A DNA stretch of 56,963 nt, filler included, from Dugesia japonica (Eukaryota): assembly GCA_001938525.1 (NCBI GenBank). It is 5 parts of 5 records of this genome, joined end to end, with 100 filler letters (N's around TTAATTAATTAA, not from the genome) between each part and the next. Parts side by side here need not be neighbours in the genome. Positions count along the whole stretch, not along the records: positions 18,654 to 27,801 come from MQRL01622322.1; positions 27,902 to 44,011 come from MQRL01546115.1; 3 more parts are not named here. One strand, given 5' to 3'. Each line of letters begins with the position of its first letter. The stretch's first letter is position 1. This document shows positions 25,701-38,138 of the stretch, piece after piece. The notes under the pieces were generated by a model, which saw nothing but the letters and a program-made list of their open reading frames with translations, searched no databases and was not told the origin of the DNA. A program made the translations under genes and the position numbers.

Positions 25701-27801
25701 TCAAGTCGAAAAATTAGAACCCTCAACTGTAGTATCAAATCATTGGTTTTATCGATAACACCGTTAGAAAAAAACTTGTATTTATATTAAATTTATTTAT
25801 ATTTTACTTTTAATTGTCTATCAAATAGCACAGGTTTTTAAAATGTATGTTTAAAATTGGAAGTTTTGTGGCATTTTTAAAACAATTTTAAAAAATATAT
25901 TTTTAATAATCTTTTACGAATAAGTCTGATTAAAGTTTAAACAATGCCATTGTGTTTATCATTTTATTAGTTATCCAGGAATATCAATTTTGTTGACAAA
26001 ATATGTTTCTAGCTGGACTTTTACATATTTAATATATATGTACATAGTGAAGAAAACATTTTGCGATAAAAGTTTATGAGACAATTCTATCTTACTTTGT
26101 AATCTTCTATCTAAATCTGAAAACCAAATTTCTAGATCACTTCATCGGTGGGTTAGATTAGAGTGAAGAAAATATATTTTCGACGAAACAATGTAAAGGT
26201 AGTTTTTGTGCAGATTCAAATATTGCTAATATATTTTAGTATAAATTATTATTTCATTATAGTTATAACCATGATCATTATAGTGTTCCGTTCTGAATAC
26301 CCTTTATCACGAGAACAAAGTATGCTGTGGCAAAGGTCCTTTAGACAATGAATAGTCAGTTTTTAATCCGAGTTCAAATGGTACTAAAAATCAAGTCCAT
26401 AGGTTTAAAAATCGAGGTTAAATGAGTTTTAAATTTAAAATATTTAACAACTTTTTACTGTTACGCTTGACTGAACCATCGACTGCATCATGAAATACAT
26501 TATGCTATTCGGCATCCAACGATATCATGACCAAAGCTGTACGATAATTTTTGGTCGTGAAAAATAAGTACCAAAATTTAAATCTTCCAAGCAAGTTAAT
26601 CAAAGTCCAAAGTACAAATTTTTTTGGTTATTTGTGTGGATCAATCAAAAGTTTGACACCACTTTTTCGGCTGGTGAGAGTAGTGCCTTGCGCTACTATA
26701 TCCACACTTATAGCGCTATTAGTTTTTTGGTTATCATAATAAACGTGATCATCTTGTGTCATGTTTTGAGCGCACGTCTTCATCAATATAGACAAGGTAT
26801 GCTAAGGTAGTATACCACTTGTAGATAATTTCTTTTGATAAAATATCATCTTTTCTGCTTGGTCATTTATTCACTATTATTCTCTCCTAAAATTCTTTAT
26901 GTTTTTTCATTGTATTGCAACGATAGGATCAAAACTAGAATATATGTCTTAAACTAACTCATTTCGCAGATCTGTAAAACATGACCGGTTCCGTTGAGAT
27001 CTCTATATTTAGTCCCTAAGACATGTTTTTCGTTACCTCCACCCATTCCAATCTTTTGTTATTCGGAACGTGTCAATAATTATTAAATTATTTAAATCTT
27101 ATGAAATTTATTTAAGTTTAAAAATAAATGTTATGAAAAATGACCATTTTATTTAAGATATTTTTTAAAATATAAAAGACTTACGAAATATTTCAAAGTG
27201 TCATTTTCTTCATGATACGTGATGTAAATAAAATAAAGAAATTCTAATGATTTTTTACATATTTTAAACTTTTTCTTTAATTATTTAAATGACTAACTTT
27301 ACATATCACAATTGTTGCGTATTTTATTTTTGTTTTGATAAACTATATAATTTTCAATATTTACTTTATTTATATAATTTATAATTAAGGAATATAAATT
27401 TAGTAATACTTTCGATATTAAAAAATGAATTAATGTTCGTAGCTTTTTCTTTGCTTTTTTGAATAATAAATAAATTTTAATGAATTTTATTCTACTTTTA
27501 TAATTGAAAATTTTCTTTATTAGAAATTCGAACATTATAAATGACATTTTCACAATGAATTTTCCATGCAATATTGACAATATGGGTTTTGAATCTATCA
27601 GTCAAAAGGAAGAAAATCCAACTAAAATAAGTCAATGTAAGTAAAAGTTTTACTAAAATTTTACTAGTAATGCAGAACGATTCGTTGTAGTAAATAAACT
27701 TAATAAAGAGCTAATACTTTCTGATAAATGATTTATTCAATATTAAAAGTGTCCGTTATTAAGCAGATTTGTAAAATGAAATGATTTAAAGTTAATTTTT
27801 T

Positions 27802-27901
27802 NNNNNNNNNNNNNNNNNNNNNNNNNNNNNNNNNNNNNNNNNNNNTTAATTAATTAANNNNNNNNNNNNNNNNNNNNNNNNNNNNNNNNNNNNNNNNNNN
27901 N
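27802..27901. other. Artificial contig spacer
   Basis: 44N + TTAATTAATTAA (27846-27857) + 44N. Confidence 0.97.
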
Positions 27902-28275
27902 TCGGTGGAAATGGTCATCGATAAATTATTTAATATTTCAACCAAGCGTTGATTTTTTTTAATTAAATTAAATTTTAAAAAAACTGATGAGATTCAATTA
28001 AATTTTGATGATATTGCTACTCCATTTAATTGGGTTGATTCAGAGGTTTGATTTGACTATTAAGTATAGATGTCGGATGACATTGATTAATCAAGGTGGG
28101 CATTAAACTTTTATAGCAAGATATAAAAATGAAATTTTCTTTCAAAGAATATTTTAATTCTCAATTGCAAAAAAAGAATCAAATTAAAATTTTTCAAATG
28201 CAATCCTCGAAAATGTTATGGATATAATTTTTATTTTTTAATCATTTTACAAAACAATTTACATTAATAATAATA

Positions 28276-28310
<35 letters not shown>

Positions 28311-28669
28311 NNNNNNNNNNNNNNNNNNNNNNNNNNNNNNNNNNNNNNNNNNNNNNNNNNNNNNNNNNNNNNNNNNNNNNNNNNNNNNNNNNNNNNNNNN
28401 NNNNNNNNNNNNNNNNNNNNNNNNNNNNNNNNNNNNNNNNNNNNNNNNNNNNNNNNNNNNNNNNNNNNNNNNNNNNNNNNNNNNNNNNNNTTGTAAAACT
28501 ATGTCCTGGTAGTAGCAATATTAAATATAATTATAATTTTAATATAAATAATATCAAAATAAAATTAATTACTTCTAATTCAATTTATCAATTAAAATAT
28601 TAGTTGCAAAATTAATATAAGACCGAATCTTGTTCTTGGGTAAACACGCTATATATAGATATAGAAAGT

Positions 28670-28706
28670 CAATTCCTGACGAAGACTCGGTCAAAATATC
28701 GAATTG
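28670..28706 (+). ncRNA. Minimal type I hammerhead ribozyme relic (Penelope-type), G12 mutated
   Basis: Stem I CAATTC/GAATTG, core CTGACGA(A), stem II GAC-tcg-GTC, AAAA in place of GAAA, palindromic ATAT helix III and UC cleavage site at 28699-28700. Confidence 0.7.
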
Positions 28707-28791
28707 TTATCAAATATCAATAAAAAAACAAAAATTTTGATCGAAGCTTTTATTTTTAATGAATATATATATATATATATATATAAATATA

Positions 28792-29599
28792 GCGTGTTTC
28801 CACAAAAGTAGGATCCGGTCTTATATTAATTTTGCAACTAGAAAACGTAATAGGGCTTATTTTCTTGTCTTTTAAATCCTAAAGCAAGACTTCTTTGTTT
28901 TTATTATTTATCTAAATGTACAGTAATAATCCAAATCAGTATTTCTCAAGCTTTGTATTAATAGTTTACAAACGCTTTAGATTTAATAATATTTTTTTTC
29001 ACCATAATTTTCAAAATGATTACAATATTTTATTTGTTCCAAGAAAATATAAAACATAATTGAAAGTGAGAAGTTACTTTGTTTTTAAATCGGAATATTC
29101 AGGTATTTGCATTTACAATCATCATTAAGAATATTGATATGAATTTTCAAGTAGATTTGTTTGTATTTGTTATCTCAGGATAGTAATTTTATCTCATATT
29201 ACTCAATACATATTTATACTGTTTTAAAGCTTTTCAAAGATATGCAAAAATATGTATTTAAAATAATGTTTATTTTNNNNNNNNNNNNNNNNNNNNNNNN
29301 NNNNNNNNNNNNNNNNNNNNNNNNNNNNNNNNNATTATAAAAGTAAATAATTTTATGCAGCTAAAATAATTTATGTTTTTATAGAATATTTAATAAAAAA
29401 AAACAAAATGAGATAATTGATAAAACTATTATATACCCTTTTGATATATTATATTTTTATATTAGGGTATTTTTTTACCTGGGTATGGCTAGTGTACTTT
29501 TTTATTATCAGGGTAGGCCTTATATTAAAAAATACTGAAAAGTCTTAAATACATGCTACGTTTTATTTTCGGATAGGCCTTATTTTTGGGAAAACACGA
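28792..29599. mobile_element. Tc1/pogo-type MITE with TA target duplication
   Basis: TA|GCGTGTTTCCACAAAAGTAGG...CCTTATTTTTGGGAAAACACGA|TA inverted ends. A further inverted end lies at 28601-28649 and a related end at ~55826. Confidence 0.6.
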
Positions 29600-30050
29600 T
29601 ATCAATAAAAGTCCCCGCTATAAAGGGTCGTACTAAAACACTTACTTTCGCGTTATCAAAAAGAATAATTTTACATAAAATAATTTCTAACGTTACGTAA
29701 AATGGAGAAAAATTTGTAGACTTTCACAAATGCGCTCTCATCAAAATAAGCTCATGGGTATTAGTGGATAATACAAGAATACATTATGTAGATTTCGTAA
29801 ACAAAATAATATTTTTATTGCAGGATATGTTTCAAAATATATCTTGCCTTATTGTCGTATGTTAAATCATGTAGAAAATATTTTTTCAAAAGTTAACATA
29901 TATGTAAAATCTGCTTTACCGATAAATCAATATAATGATCCTATAGTTGAAATTGAAAATTTAATTTCNAAAGCGTTGAATAAATTTTCTCAAGATTTTC
30001 GTATCAATTATTTAATCAATATGATTAATACTATTTTACAATCTATTTAA
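29600..30050 (+). pseudogene. IS630/Tc1-type DDE transposase fragment
   Basis: VLVDNTRIH and LPYCRMLNHVENIFSKV (cf. DNARIH, LPPYSP.LNPIE..FSK.K). Confidence 0.75.
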
Positions 30051-30412
30051 ATTAAATTATTGTTTAGGGTTTAAATATATTAAATTCGTTTTAAACAACA
30101 ATTACTTTTTTGAAATAAAATATTATTTGTTGTTAAAAACTAATTTATTTATTGACAGATCAATGGTTTTTAAAGAATTAATTTTTTAAAATTTATTTAA
30201 ATATATTCAAAAAATTAAAATATTAAATTTTTTAATTGGATATTTGAAAAAACAAATTAATTTAATATTCTATGCAAGAGATTGGTGAAACGTATTACTT
30301 CTAGCTTTATTATTAATACAAGAAACAGTAACAAAAGTTTTATTGTTATCAAAAGTAATTTTAACAATATTTTTTATCTATAATATTTGAAAAAAGATTT
30401 TTCATGATTATA

Positions 30413-31467
30413 CAGTGTGTTCGGTGAGGAATGCACAGGAGTTTGAAGTTAGCTTCTTTGAGTCATTATAAGCAAAAAATGTCTTATAAACATGNGTTCG
30501 ATTATCAACCATTTACAAGATATTGAGGATCAAAGTAAGACAAAGACAAACATTGTATATACAATATTTATGAATTTACAACTTTTCAATGTGACCTCCT
30601 TCAACTTTCTCACAAAGTTTCACACGATTCAACAGTTCTTTCTACCAATTGTTGTTTTCAATGTTTCAAACGCTGCAAAAATCCCCTCGATCAATTCCTC
30701 TTTATTTTTGGGTTTCCAATTTCTTAAGCTTTGGATTTTCTGTGGCCCCACATGAAGAAGTCTAATGGATTAAGATCTTGGCAGTCACTCCATTCCAATC
30801 CAACGTCTTTGAAAGTGCACATCCAAAGAATTTGTCACCACCTTAGCTCGTTAGGATGAACATCCATCTTGCATGAACCACATTTTCCTTCTTATAATAA
30901 GTGGAACATTTTCAAGTAATAGTGGAAACTCCAATTGCAGAAATTGTTGGTAAATATTGCTGTTTAGATAACCACAAAAGACGTGAGGCCCGATTCAAAA
31001 TATCATATTAACATACTCTTGATTGGAAAATTGAAATGGCATTGTGTCTAATCTATAATATTCAAATGATAATAAAATATTCAAATATTAAAATATTTTA
31101 ATTATTAATAAAAATTTACCTAATTTTAAAATGGTGCGACAATAATAATTTTGTATATGGAATATTAAAATAAGAACTTGTCTTTTAATAGTTGGAATAT
31201 TAATAAATATTAAATAAATACAACGTTTAATAAATATTAAATAAATACANNNNNNNNNNNNNNNNNNNNNNNNNNNNNNNNNNNNNNNNNNNNNNNNNNT
31301 TAATAAATATTAAATAAATACAACGTTTAATAAATATTAAATAAATATAATTATTAATAAATAATTATTTGATCATCAATATCTTGTAAATGGTTGATAA
31401 TTGGACCAATGTTTTNCTTATAATGGCACAAGGAAGCTAACTTCAAAGTCCTGTGCATTCCTACCTG
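30413..31467 (-). mobile_element. maT/DD37D-type Tc1-mariner element, internally deleted
   Basis: TA-flanked ~100-120 bp TIRs (30413-30533 vs 31369-31467); minus strand LLENVPLIIRRKMWFMQDG...RWIG...LNPLDFFMWG. Confidence 0.85.
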
Positions 31468-31809
31468 TATAACCATGGTGGCCAAACTGCGGCTCTTCTG
31501 TGTCTATAATCCGGCTCTAACCAAAGTCGGGAAAATATTACCAGGCTGGTAAAAATTTAGTTTAAAAGATTTAATACAATAACTGGATCTACCAGTAAAT
31601 ATTGAAAATTTTCTGAGTATTTTTAATGTACATAAAATTTTATAATATGCAAATATGTACATATTTTTTTAAATAAATTATAAAAATGAATTTTAAATAA
31701 TAAACAATTAAGACATTTGTTTAATTGCCGCTCTAGAAATTCTGTTTTAAGAATTTTCAGCTCTTGTCGGCTAAAATTCAGACAAAATATTGACAATCCA
31801 TTCAAATGT

Positions 31810-32160
31810 GCTTAACAAGGGTAAACTGTGACGGCGTCTATTTCTTGTCAACATCTAGAAAGCTTACATGAAACACTGATAACTGAACACCGATGCTAGT
31901 CAAGAGAGAAGGAATTATTCTTCATCAAGATAAAAGTCACTCAATTATAAATCAGAGGTTTGGGTTAAGACCTTAAACAGCACTCACCTTATAGCCCTGA
32001 TATCGCTCTTTCGAACTATCATTTCTTTCTTTCACTCTAGTATTTCCTTAGAAGTAAACAATTTGATGATCTGGATGCCGTCTAAAGCACCCGATCGAAA
32101 TACATAATAAATTTACAAAAACCAATTACGAAATAATACTATATANTATCAAATAAAATA
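31810..32160 (+). mobile_element. mariner transposase 3' fragment
   Basis: GIILHQDK and HSPYSPDIALSNYHFFLSL motifs. Confidence 0.85.
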
Positions 32161-32645
32161 AATTTAATTTATGATCAGTATGACTAATAATTAATAATTA
32201 ATAACTTTAAATAAAACAATTTATTTAATTATTTAAATGTTTAATTGGTATTAGTTATTAATTAAAATTTATTAATATTTGATTAATTACAATTAATTAT
32301 TATATTAATAAAGAACACAATATTCGACTATTAAAATAAAAACATTGATTTTAATTTAAGAAAAAGATGCATAAAAATTTTTCGAATTTCATTAGTTGTT
32401 TTTCTCAAATTTTGAAATAGTTTAGTTTGTTTATATTATCATAGGGGGTGCATAATCTTTATTTCTAAATGACATTATTATTGTTGAAGAAATTGTCGAT
32501 AGGGATAGAATTTGATAATTATAGATAACAGAGTTTTTTAGACTTATTTCTATAATTTATCTAATCAAATATGTATTGCAAAATTTTAAATAAAATAACT
32601 GTTTGAACGATTAGATTTAAACTAATATTTTTTTTTCTTTTCTAG

Positions 32646-32675
32646 GTTCAGGCATGGCCGATATGGCAAGTACGT
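32646..32675 (+). CDS. Netrin, probable 30-nt micro-exon (linker before the C345C domain)
   Basis: Strong TTTTTTTCTTTTCTAG acceptor and GTAAGT donor, phase 1-1; encodes xSGMADMAST and joins in frame to the next exon (T|CG = Ser). Confidence 0.7.
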
Positions 32676-32966
32676 GTAAGTTATTTGTAATTTGGTTGTT
32701 TTTATTTTATTGAAAATTCTGAAATTGAAATAACACGCATATTTTTATGAGACAAAAGTCGGGGATTTCATTAATTATTGAAAATAAGTAGATGGGTACA
32801 TCAATAAAATTGTAATTTTCAGAAAATTTGATTTTGTAAATTTTTCAATGTTTTTCAATAAGAAATAAAAAATCCCAAAATTTTAAACAAACTTAAAAAT
32901 TGTTTTGTACAAATAAGTAAATTTGTTTAGCAATTTAATTCGAAAAACGTTTTATATAATAACTTA

Positions 32967-32967
32967 C

Positions 32968-33039
<72 letters not shown>

Positions 33040-33126
33040 ATTNNNNNNNNNNNNNNNNNNNNNNNNNNNNNNNNNNNNNNNNNNNNNNNNNNNNNNATTA
33101 TTATAATTATTATTATTATTATTATA

Positions 33127-33168
<42 letters not shown>
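32967..33168. repeat. (AAT)n/(ATT)n microsatellite with strand switch
   Basis: An (AAT)n run turns directly into (ATT)n; similar arrays lie at 8469-8512, 28264-28310 and 44261-44433. Confidence 0.95.
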
Positions 33169-33170
<2 letters not shown>

Positions 33171-34706
33171 AATGTTTCATTTTTCTTCGAAATCAAAATT
33201 AGACTTTAATTGCCATAATTATGATTTCCATTATTCTAGTGGAAATAATCTACGTTATTCTTAATTAAGTTTGCTTTTTTATATTTTAACAAAAATCATT
33301 AGATTTTTCTTCCCGGGCAAAATAAATGAAAATTGTTAAATTCATATTTCAATATTAATTTTATAATAAAATAACAAATAAAAAATAATTCAGAAATAAA
33401 AAAAAATTAACAATCAATGTCATTATTTCGTGGCATTTTTATCAAATTTGTTACAGAAAACTTTGTCATTTACATTTGTATTTCGTTACAAAAACGTAAT
33501 TACTCTTTGTAAACAAATATCAATGATGTATTATTATGTGTTCATCAAAATTAATTTAATTGATAAATACAATTGAAATTTTTCTCGTTATTAACTACCA
33601 CATGTTTACAACTGAACTTAATTTTTTTTTTAAAAAAAAAATCTGTTTTAAATATTTATAAATATATTTTTAATTATAAGCGGTCCAGCGAATTTTTTTT
33701 TCCAATGAAAATCCAATATTTTACTGCTAGCAAGAAAAACCACTTGGAAATATTTAATGCATACCCTATTAATTAATAACAGAAATCATTCAATTTTTAT
33801 CTACAGAAATTTGGTAATCACATAAAGAATAGCATTTCTGTTATTTAATTAAATGAAAAATAGATAACAGATTTTTTGAAAAAAAAATAAATAAAATTTT
33901 TGGATAAATTCAACTATAAATAATTAGAGATTTTTATTGGTTGAAAATATTTATTTCTGATACTACTATCAACTACTAGAATTATTAAGTAAAATATGGA
34001 AAGGAAATATTTTTTAAAATGATAATCATTTTAAATTCTGGGAATCAAGTCAATTTAATTGTTTGTATATTCTAAATACATTCATAAAATATATTTTAAT
34101 AGATTTCAGTTATTATAAAGTACATTAGTAATCATACTATTCTCTATAACTATCTCTATGATTATGAGAAAATTTAGTAAATGAAGCTGTACAAGTTTTT
34201 CCGCTAAAATTAAATAACGATTTTGTCATTTAATAAAGTTAAATTAATTTAAGTATTTTAACTTTTTAATTTAATAATTTTTTTGTAATTTATTTTTCAT
34301 TAAAGTAATTATTCTTATTATATTATAATTTAATTATTATATTATGTTATCTCTTCAAATTATAATGATTAATAATAATAACAATTAATACAAAATAATA
34401 ATAATAANNNNNNNNNNNNNNNNNNNNNNNNNNNNNNNNNNNNNNNNNNNNNNNNNNNNNNNNNNNNNNNNNNNNNNNNNNNNNNNNNNNNNNNNNNNNN
34501 NNNNNNNNACTACAAATAAAATACTCAAATTAAAAAAATATAGGAAATATAAAAATATATAATAAATACTTTAAAATACCAAAATGTATTAAGAAATATA
34601 AAATATTAATATAAGAAATACTATAATGTACTATGGAAAATAAATAAATTTATTTAAACTTCATCGTTATTGTTAGTTTAAAGATCATATGAATGTTATT
34701 TTCTAG

Positions 34707-34778
34707 CGCCAGCTTGCAAAAAATGTAACGAAAAAAGAAAACGAATTATATTCAAAAAGTTTTGTCGGCGAAAATCGG
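34707..34778 (+). CDS. netrin: Netrin exon, start of the NTR/C345C domain
   Basis: TTTTCTAG acceptor, GTTGGT donor, phase 1-1; PACKKCNEKRKRIIFKKFCRRKS matches the netrin C..C......I..KK.C motif. Confidence 0.85.
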
Positions 34779-34829
34779 GTTGGTTACATTTTTTATTGTA
34801 AAACTATTTACTTTAATTTTAATAATTAA

Positions 34830-35225
34830 TTAGATGACATCCGTCCAAAACGATGGTTTGAACATGAAATTATAGTAGTCTAAAAATCTATAATGATCTG
34901 AAAAAATAAACTAAATATTAAGGATAAAACAAATAAACTGAAAACAATTTATTTTTTATTCAATATTTCTTTAATATTAACATTTGTAAATTTCTAAAAT
35001 ACAAAGTTTTTCATTGTTTCCTAAATAAAATTTTTCAATTATTCTTAACTTAATATGTGGTTGTTGACTAAACTGGTGTTCTTGATAGATTACATGAGAA
35101 ATGCACTTTGATATTTAATTTAATTTCAACGAATTTATTAATTAAACTTCGTGTTACGTTATATTTTAACTCGGCCGTTACAGACAAGTTTATATGCATA
35201 CATACAGACGTTGCAAGTTATATAC
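34830..35225 (-). mobile_element. Non-autonomous Helitron-like repeat, copy 1 (in the last netrin intron)
   Basis: (C/T)TAG plus hairpin-like CCGTC..GATGG at the left end; clearly homologous to 38139-38470 and 42069-42110. Confidence 0.6.
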
Positions 35226-35940
35226 TGGCTTCACAAATGACTGGTCATCCATTTGTATATTTATTAGGAAAGCGACTCCTATCCAAATTTTTAAAGCATC
35301 AAGGTTTTTCTAATTTCCCGATTATCATTAGCATTCCTTTGTTCGAGCCTGACATATTGCAGAAGAAAAGGAGTGTGATACACAGTTTACTTTTCTTATC
35401 GCATACACATTTATTACTTTTAAATATCATTGTTTTATTAATTCATAAAAGAGAGCACTGTCATCAGCATTGTAATTACTATCTTCACTATATTCATTCA
35501 GAAATGACAAAAGAGTGTTCTCTTTTCTTTGTTCGGTGTATTTAGTGAAGCTGATTCACTATAGATTGCGTTAAATATTATTATATGTCTAGATTTAAAA
35601 GAATTGAGAAACCCAGCACTTCCAGTAAACTTTGAGTAGTCGAGATCTTAAGCAAATTGTGTCTGGACTTAAAACAAATTTCATTTTAGAAAAATTTTAC
35701 TTATAAAAAAAATTCTTTAAAAAAATTCTACTATATGAAATCTTAATTTAGGATGTAGAAATCCTTTATTTATATATACACGTGATGCAAAAAAAACATT
35801 TAAGTCTATAGTAAGCTCCAGTATGTTCTATTTAGTAGAGCACAAAAATCTGGAATGTATGTGAAAATAAAGTTTAATAATAAAATATTTTCATTGGAGA
35901 TGTATTAGATTTATTTTAACTATGTTTTAAATTCTTTTAG

Positions 35941-36449
35941 TATTTCGAGCGACTGTCCAATCAAAAGAAACTCATGGTAATATGATTAGATACGAACTAA
36001 AAATCGAGGAAATCTGGAGAGTTGATAAAAAAGTCTGGGAGTTTCTTCCAAGTGAAGTTCCTGCAGTTCACACTTATCCAGCCTGGATTAATTCTGAAGA
36101 TGTTAGATGTAACTGTCCAAAAGTGTCTCTTGGTCATAGTTATTTGATATTAACAAGAGCGAAATATTATATTTATCGAACAAATAAAGAATTATTTATC
36201 GATAGTCGAAGTGTCATGCTGCCATGGCATAATTCATGGGAAAGACGATTAAAGAAATTTCAAAAACGAGAACAACGCGGAAAATGTAAACAATTTTTTA
36301 AGAAGAAACTGAAAATAATCGAAAAAAATAAAACCGATCATTCAATTCAAACAAATGTAAAATCAAGTCAAGAAAAGGGTCCAGATTATGAAAAATTACA
36401 TGATAATAAATACAATCCAAATTACGGCTATTATGGGACTCATAAATGA
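35941..36449 (+). CDS. netrin: Netrin terminal exon (NTR/C345C domain plus C-terminal tail)
   Basis: TTCTTTTAG acceptor; VFRATVQSKE...CNCPKVSLGHSYLIL...IDSRSVMLPWHNSWERRLKKFQKREQRGKC matches the netrin C-terminus (CKCPK...W...W.RRL.KFQ.RE..GKC); TGA at 36447-36449, AATAAA at ~36468. Confidence 0.93.
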
Positions 36450-38138
36450 AACTTTTCATGATTAGAAAATAAATATTGATAAAACAAAAAATATATGAAA
36501 ATACAAATCAATATTAAAAAAAAAAGTTTTACTTTACAACATATGATTCAAATATTTGCATACCTCATTTTTGTTACAACTGTCATGATTTTATTTTAAA
36601 ATTGACTTAAAATGCTTCAAATTAGTTTTATGAATGATATCTCGTGGGTTTTAATACACAATTTATTATTTAGACAAAAAGAAGTAATTTATTAAAATCA
36701 AATTTGTTGTTTTGTTTTGTTTTTTTTGTTCTCCTTAAATCTCAATTCTGACAACCAAAATATCGGAAATATCGGACATCTACCATTTTGATATTTGTTT
36801 CATTGATATTGGATTGGTTTGTTGTTTTGTTGAATGTGGAAAATTTGCATTTCTTATTTATTTATTTTTTAATTTTTAATGAATATTGAATGAGATTTAT
36901 TTATTGGACAGCATTTCAGAGTAGATCATAGAATAGATATTATTATGTAGATTGGAAATTGAAACAAGAAAAAAATTGTTATTGGGTTTTTCATTAGATA
37001 GAAATTTCAATAATCATATTTTGTTAAAATCAATGTTAATGTGTGTTTGTAATTGTTTATATTGTTATTATTAATATAATTTAAATTATTTCATTAAAAT
37101 AAATATTTTTTTTCAAGTAAATACTTTATTGATCAATTCAAATTCGATACTTTTATTTATTATTAAAATTTGAGTTATTATTATTATTGAATTCATTTAA
37201 AACGATCGATGGTTACGTTAAACAATTATTCTCNNNNNNNNNNNNNNNNNNNNNNNNNNNNNNNNNNNNNNNNNNNNNNNNNNNNNNNNNNNNNNNNNTA
37301 TTAATTTTAAAAGTAATTGTATTTCTTAGAGACTAGTTTCCAAAAGATTTTTCGAATCAGTTCATTATAAGTTTATTAATTATTATTATCTTATGTGCCG
37401 TATTATTTTTTACATATTAAGCCTTTATACAGCAATGTAAATTTAGATTGAATGAAACTACATTGAGACCAATTTAACCGTCATCTCATCATCAGGATTA
37501 TTGCGTCTTTCTTGCGAATTCTACACTTGTTCTTCATAAACTAATCTCATATTTAGTTCATGTTCTTGAAGCTTTACACAGATGGATTTTTTAGTTTTTC
37601 TAGCTGCAATATTAGATTGTTGATTTGCTTTTCCTAGCACTGAGTTTTAATTAACCAGATATCCAAATGGTTATTACACAATTAGTTTTCATATTTCGAT
37701 CAGTCAAACATTGCGTAATCTCTGACCAGCCAATAAAATCTTACCTTCAGAAATGTCAAACCTTGTGGTAACGTATTGAGTTAGCGGCTCTATAAGAGGG
37801 ATATCGAACTAAATAAGTTCCTTAAGAATTCATCAAAGCCTAGAATATCTAGTTGGATCTAGTATACGGTCCTATGTATGAGTGTGTACAGCTTCTATTG
37901 TTCCGTTTACTAACTTGAACAGAATGAAATTCTACTTAGGCCATCTTTTTCCTTACCAGGTGTCAAGATCACTGCTTCTTCTTAACAAAGTTTCTTAACA
38001 AACTAATATAAGGTTCCGTTCTTATGTTTTTAAAACTTAAGGTAAATCAAATTACGACTTTTCTTTCTGCTATTTACAGTGACCAATTATTTTATTATTC
38101 CACAAATTTATTTTATAAATAATTAAATTATTTTATAG

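Noticed and set aside
30268-30295. Second hammerhead candidate (CAAGAGATTGGTGAAACGTA)
   Set aside because: The CTGANGA core is absent and there is no convincing stem I.
32923-33264. Poly-Asn/poly-Ile ORFs (also 28264-28518 and 44234-44449)
   Set aside because: Translations of (AAT)n/(ATT)n microsatellites and N gaps.
35108-35545. 145-aa ORF in the netrin intron
   Set aside because: TTG start, overlaps a Helitron-like repeat, no motif and not needed for the netrin frame.
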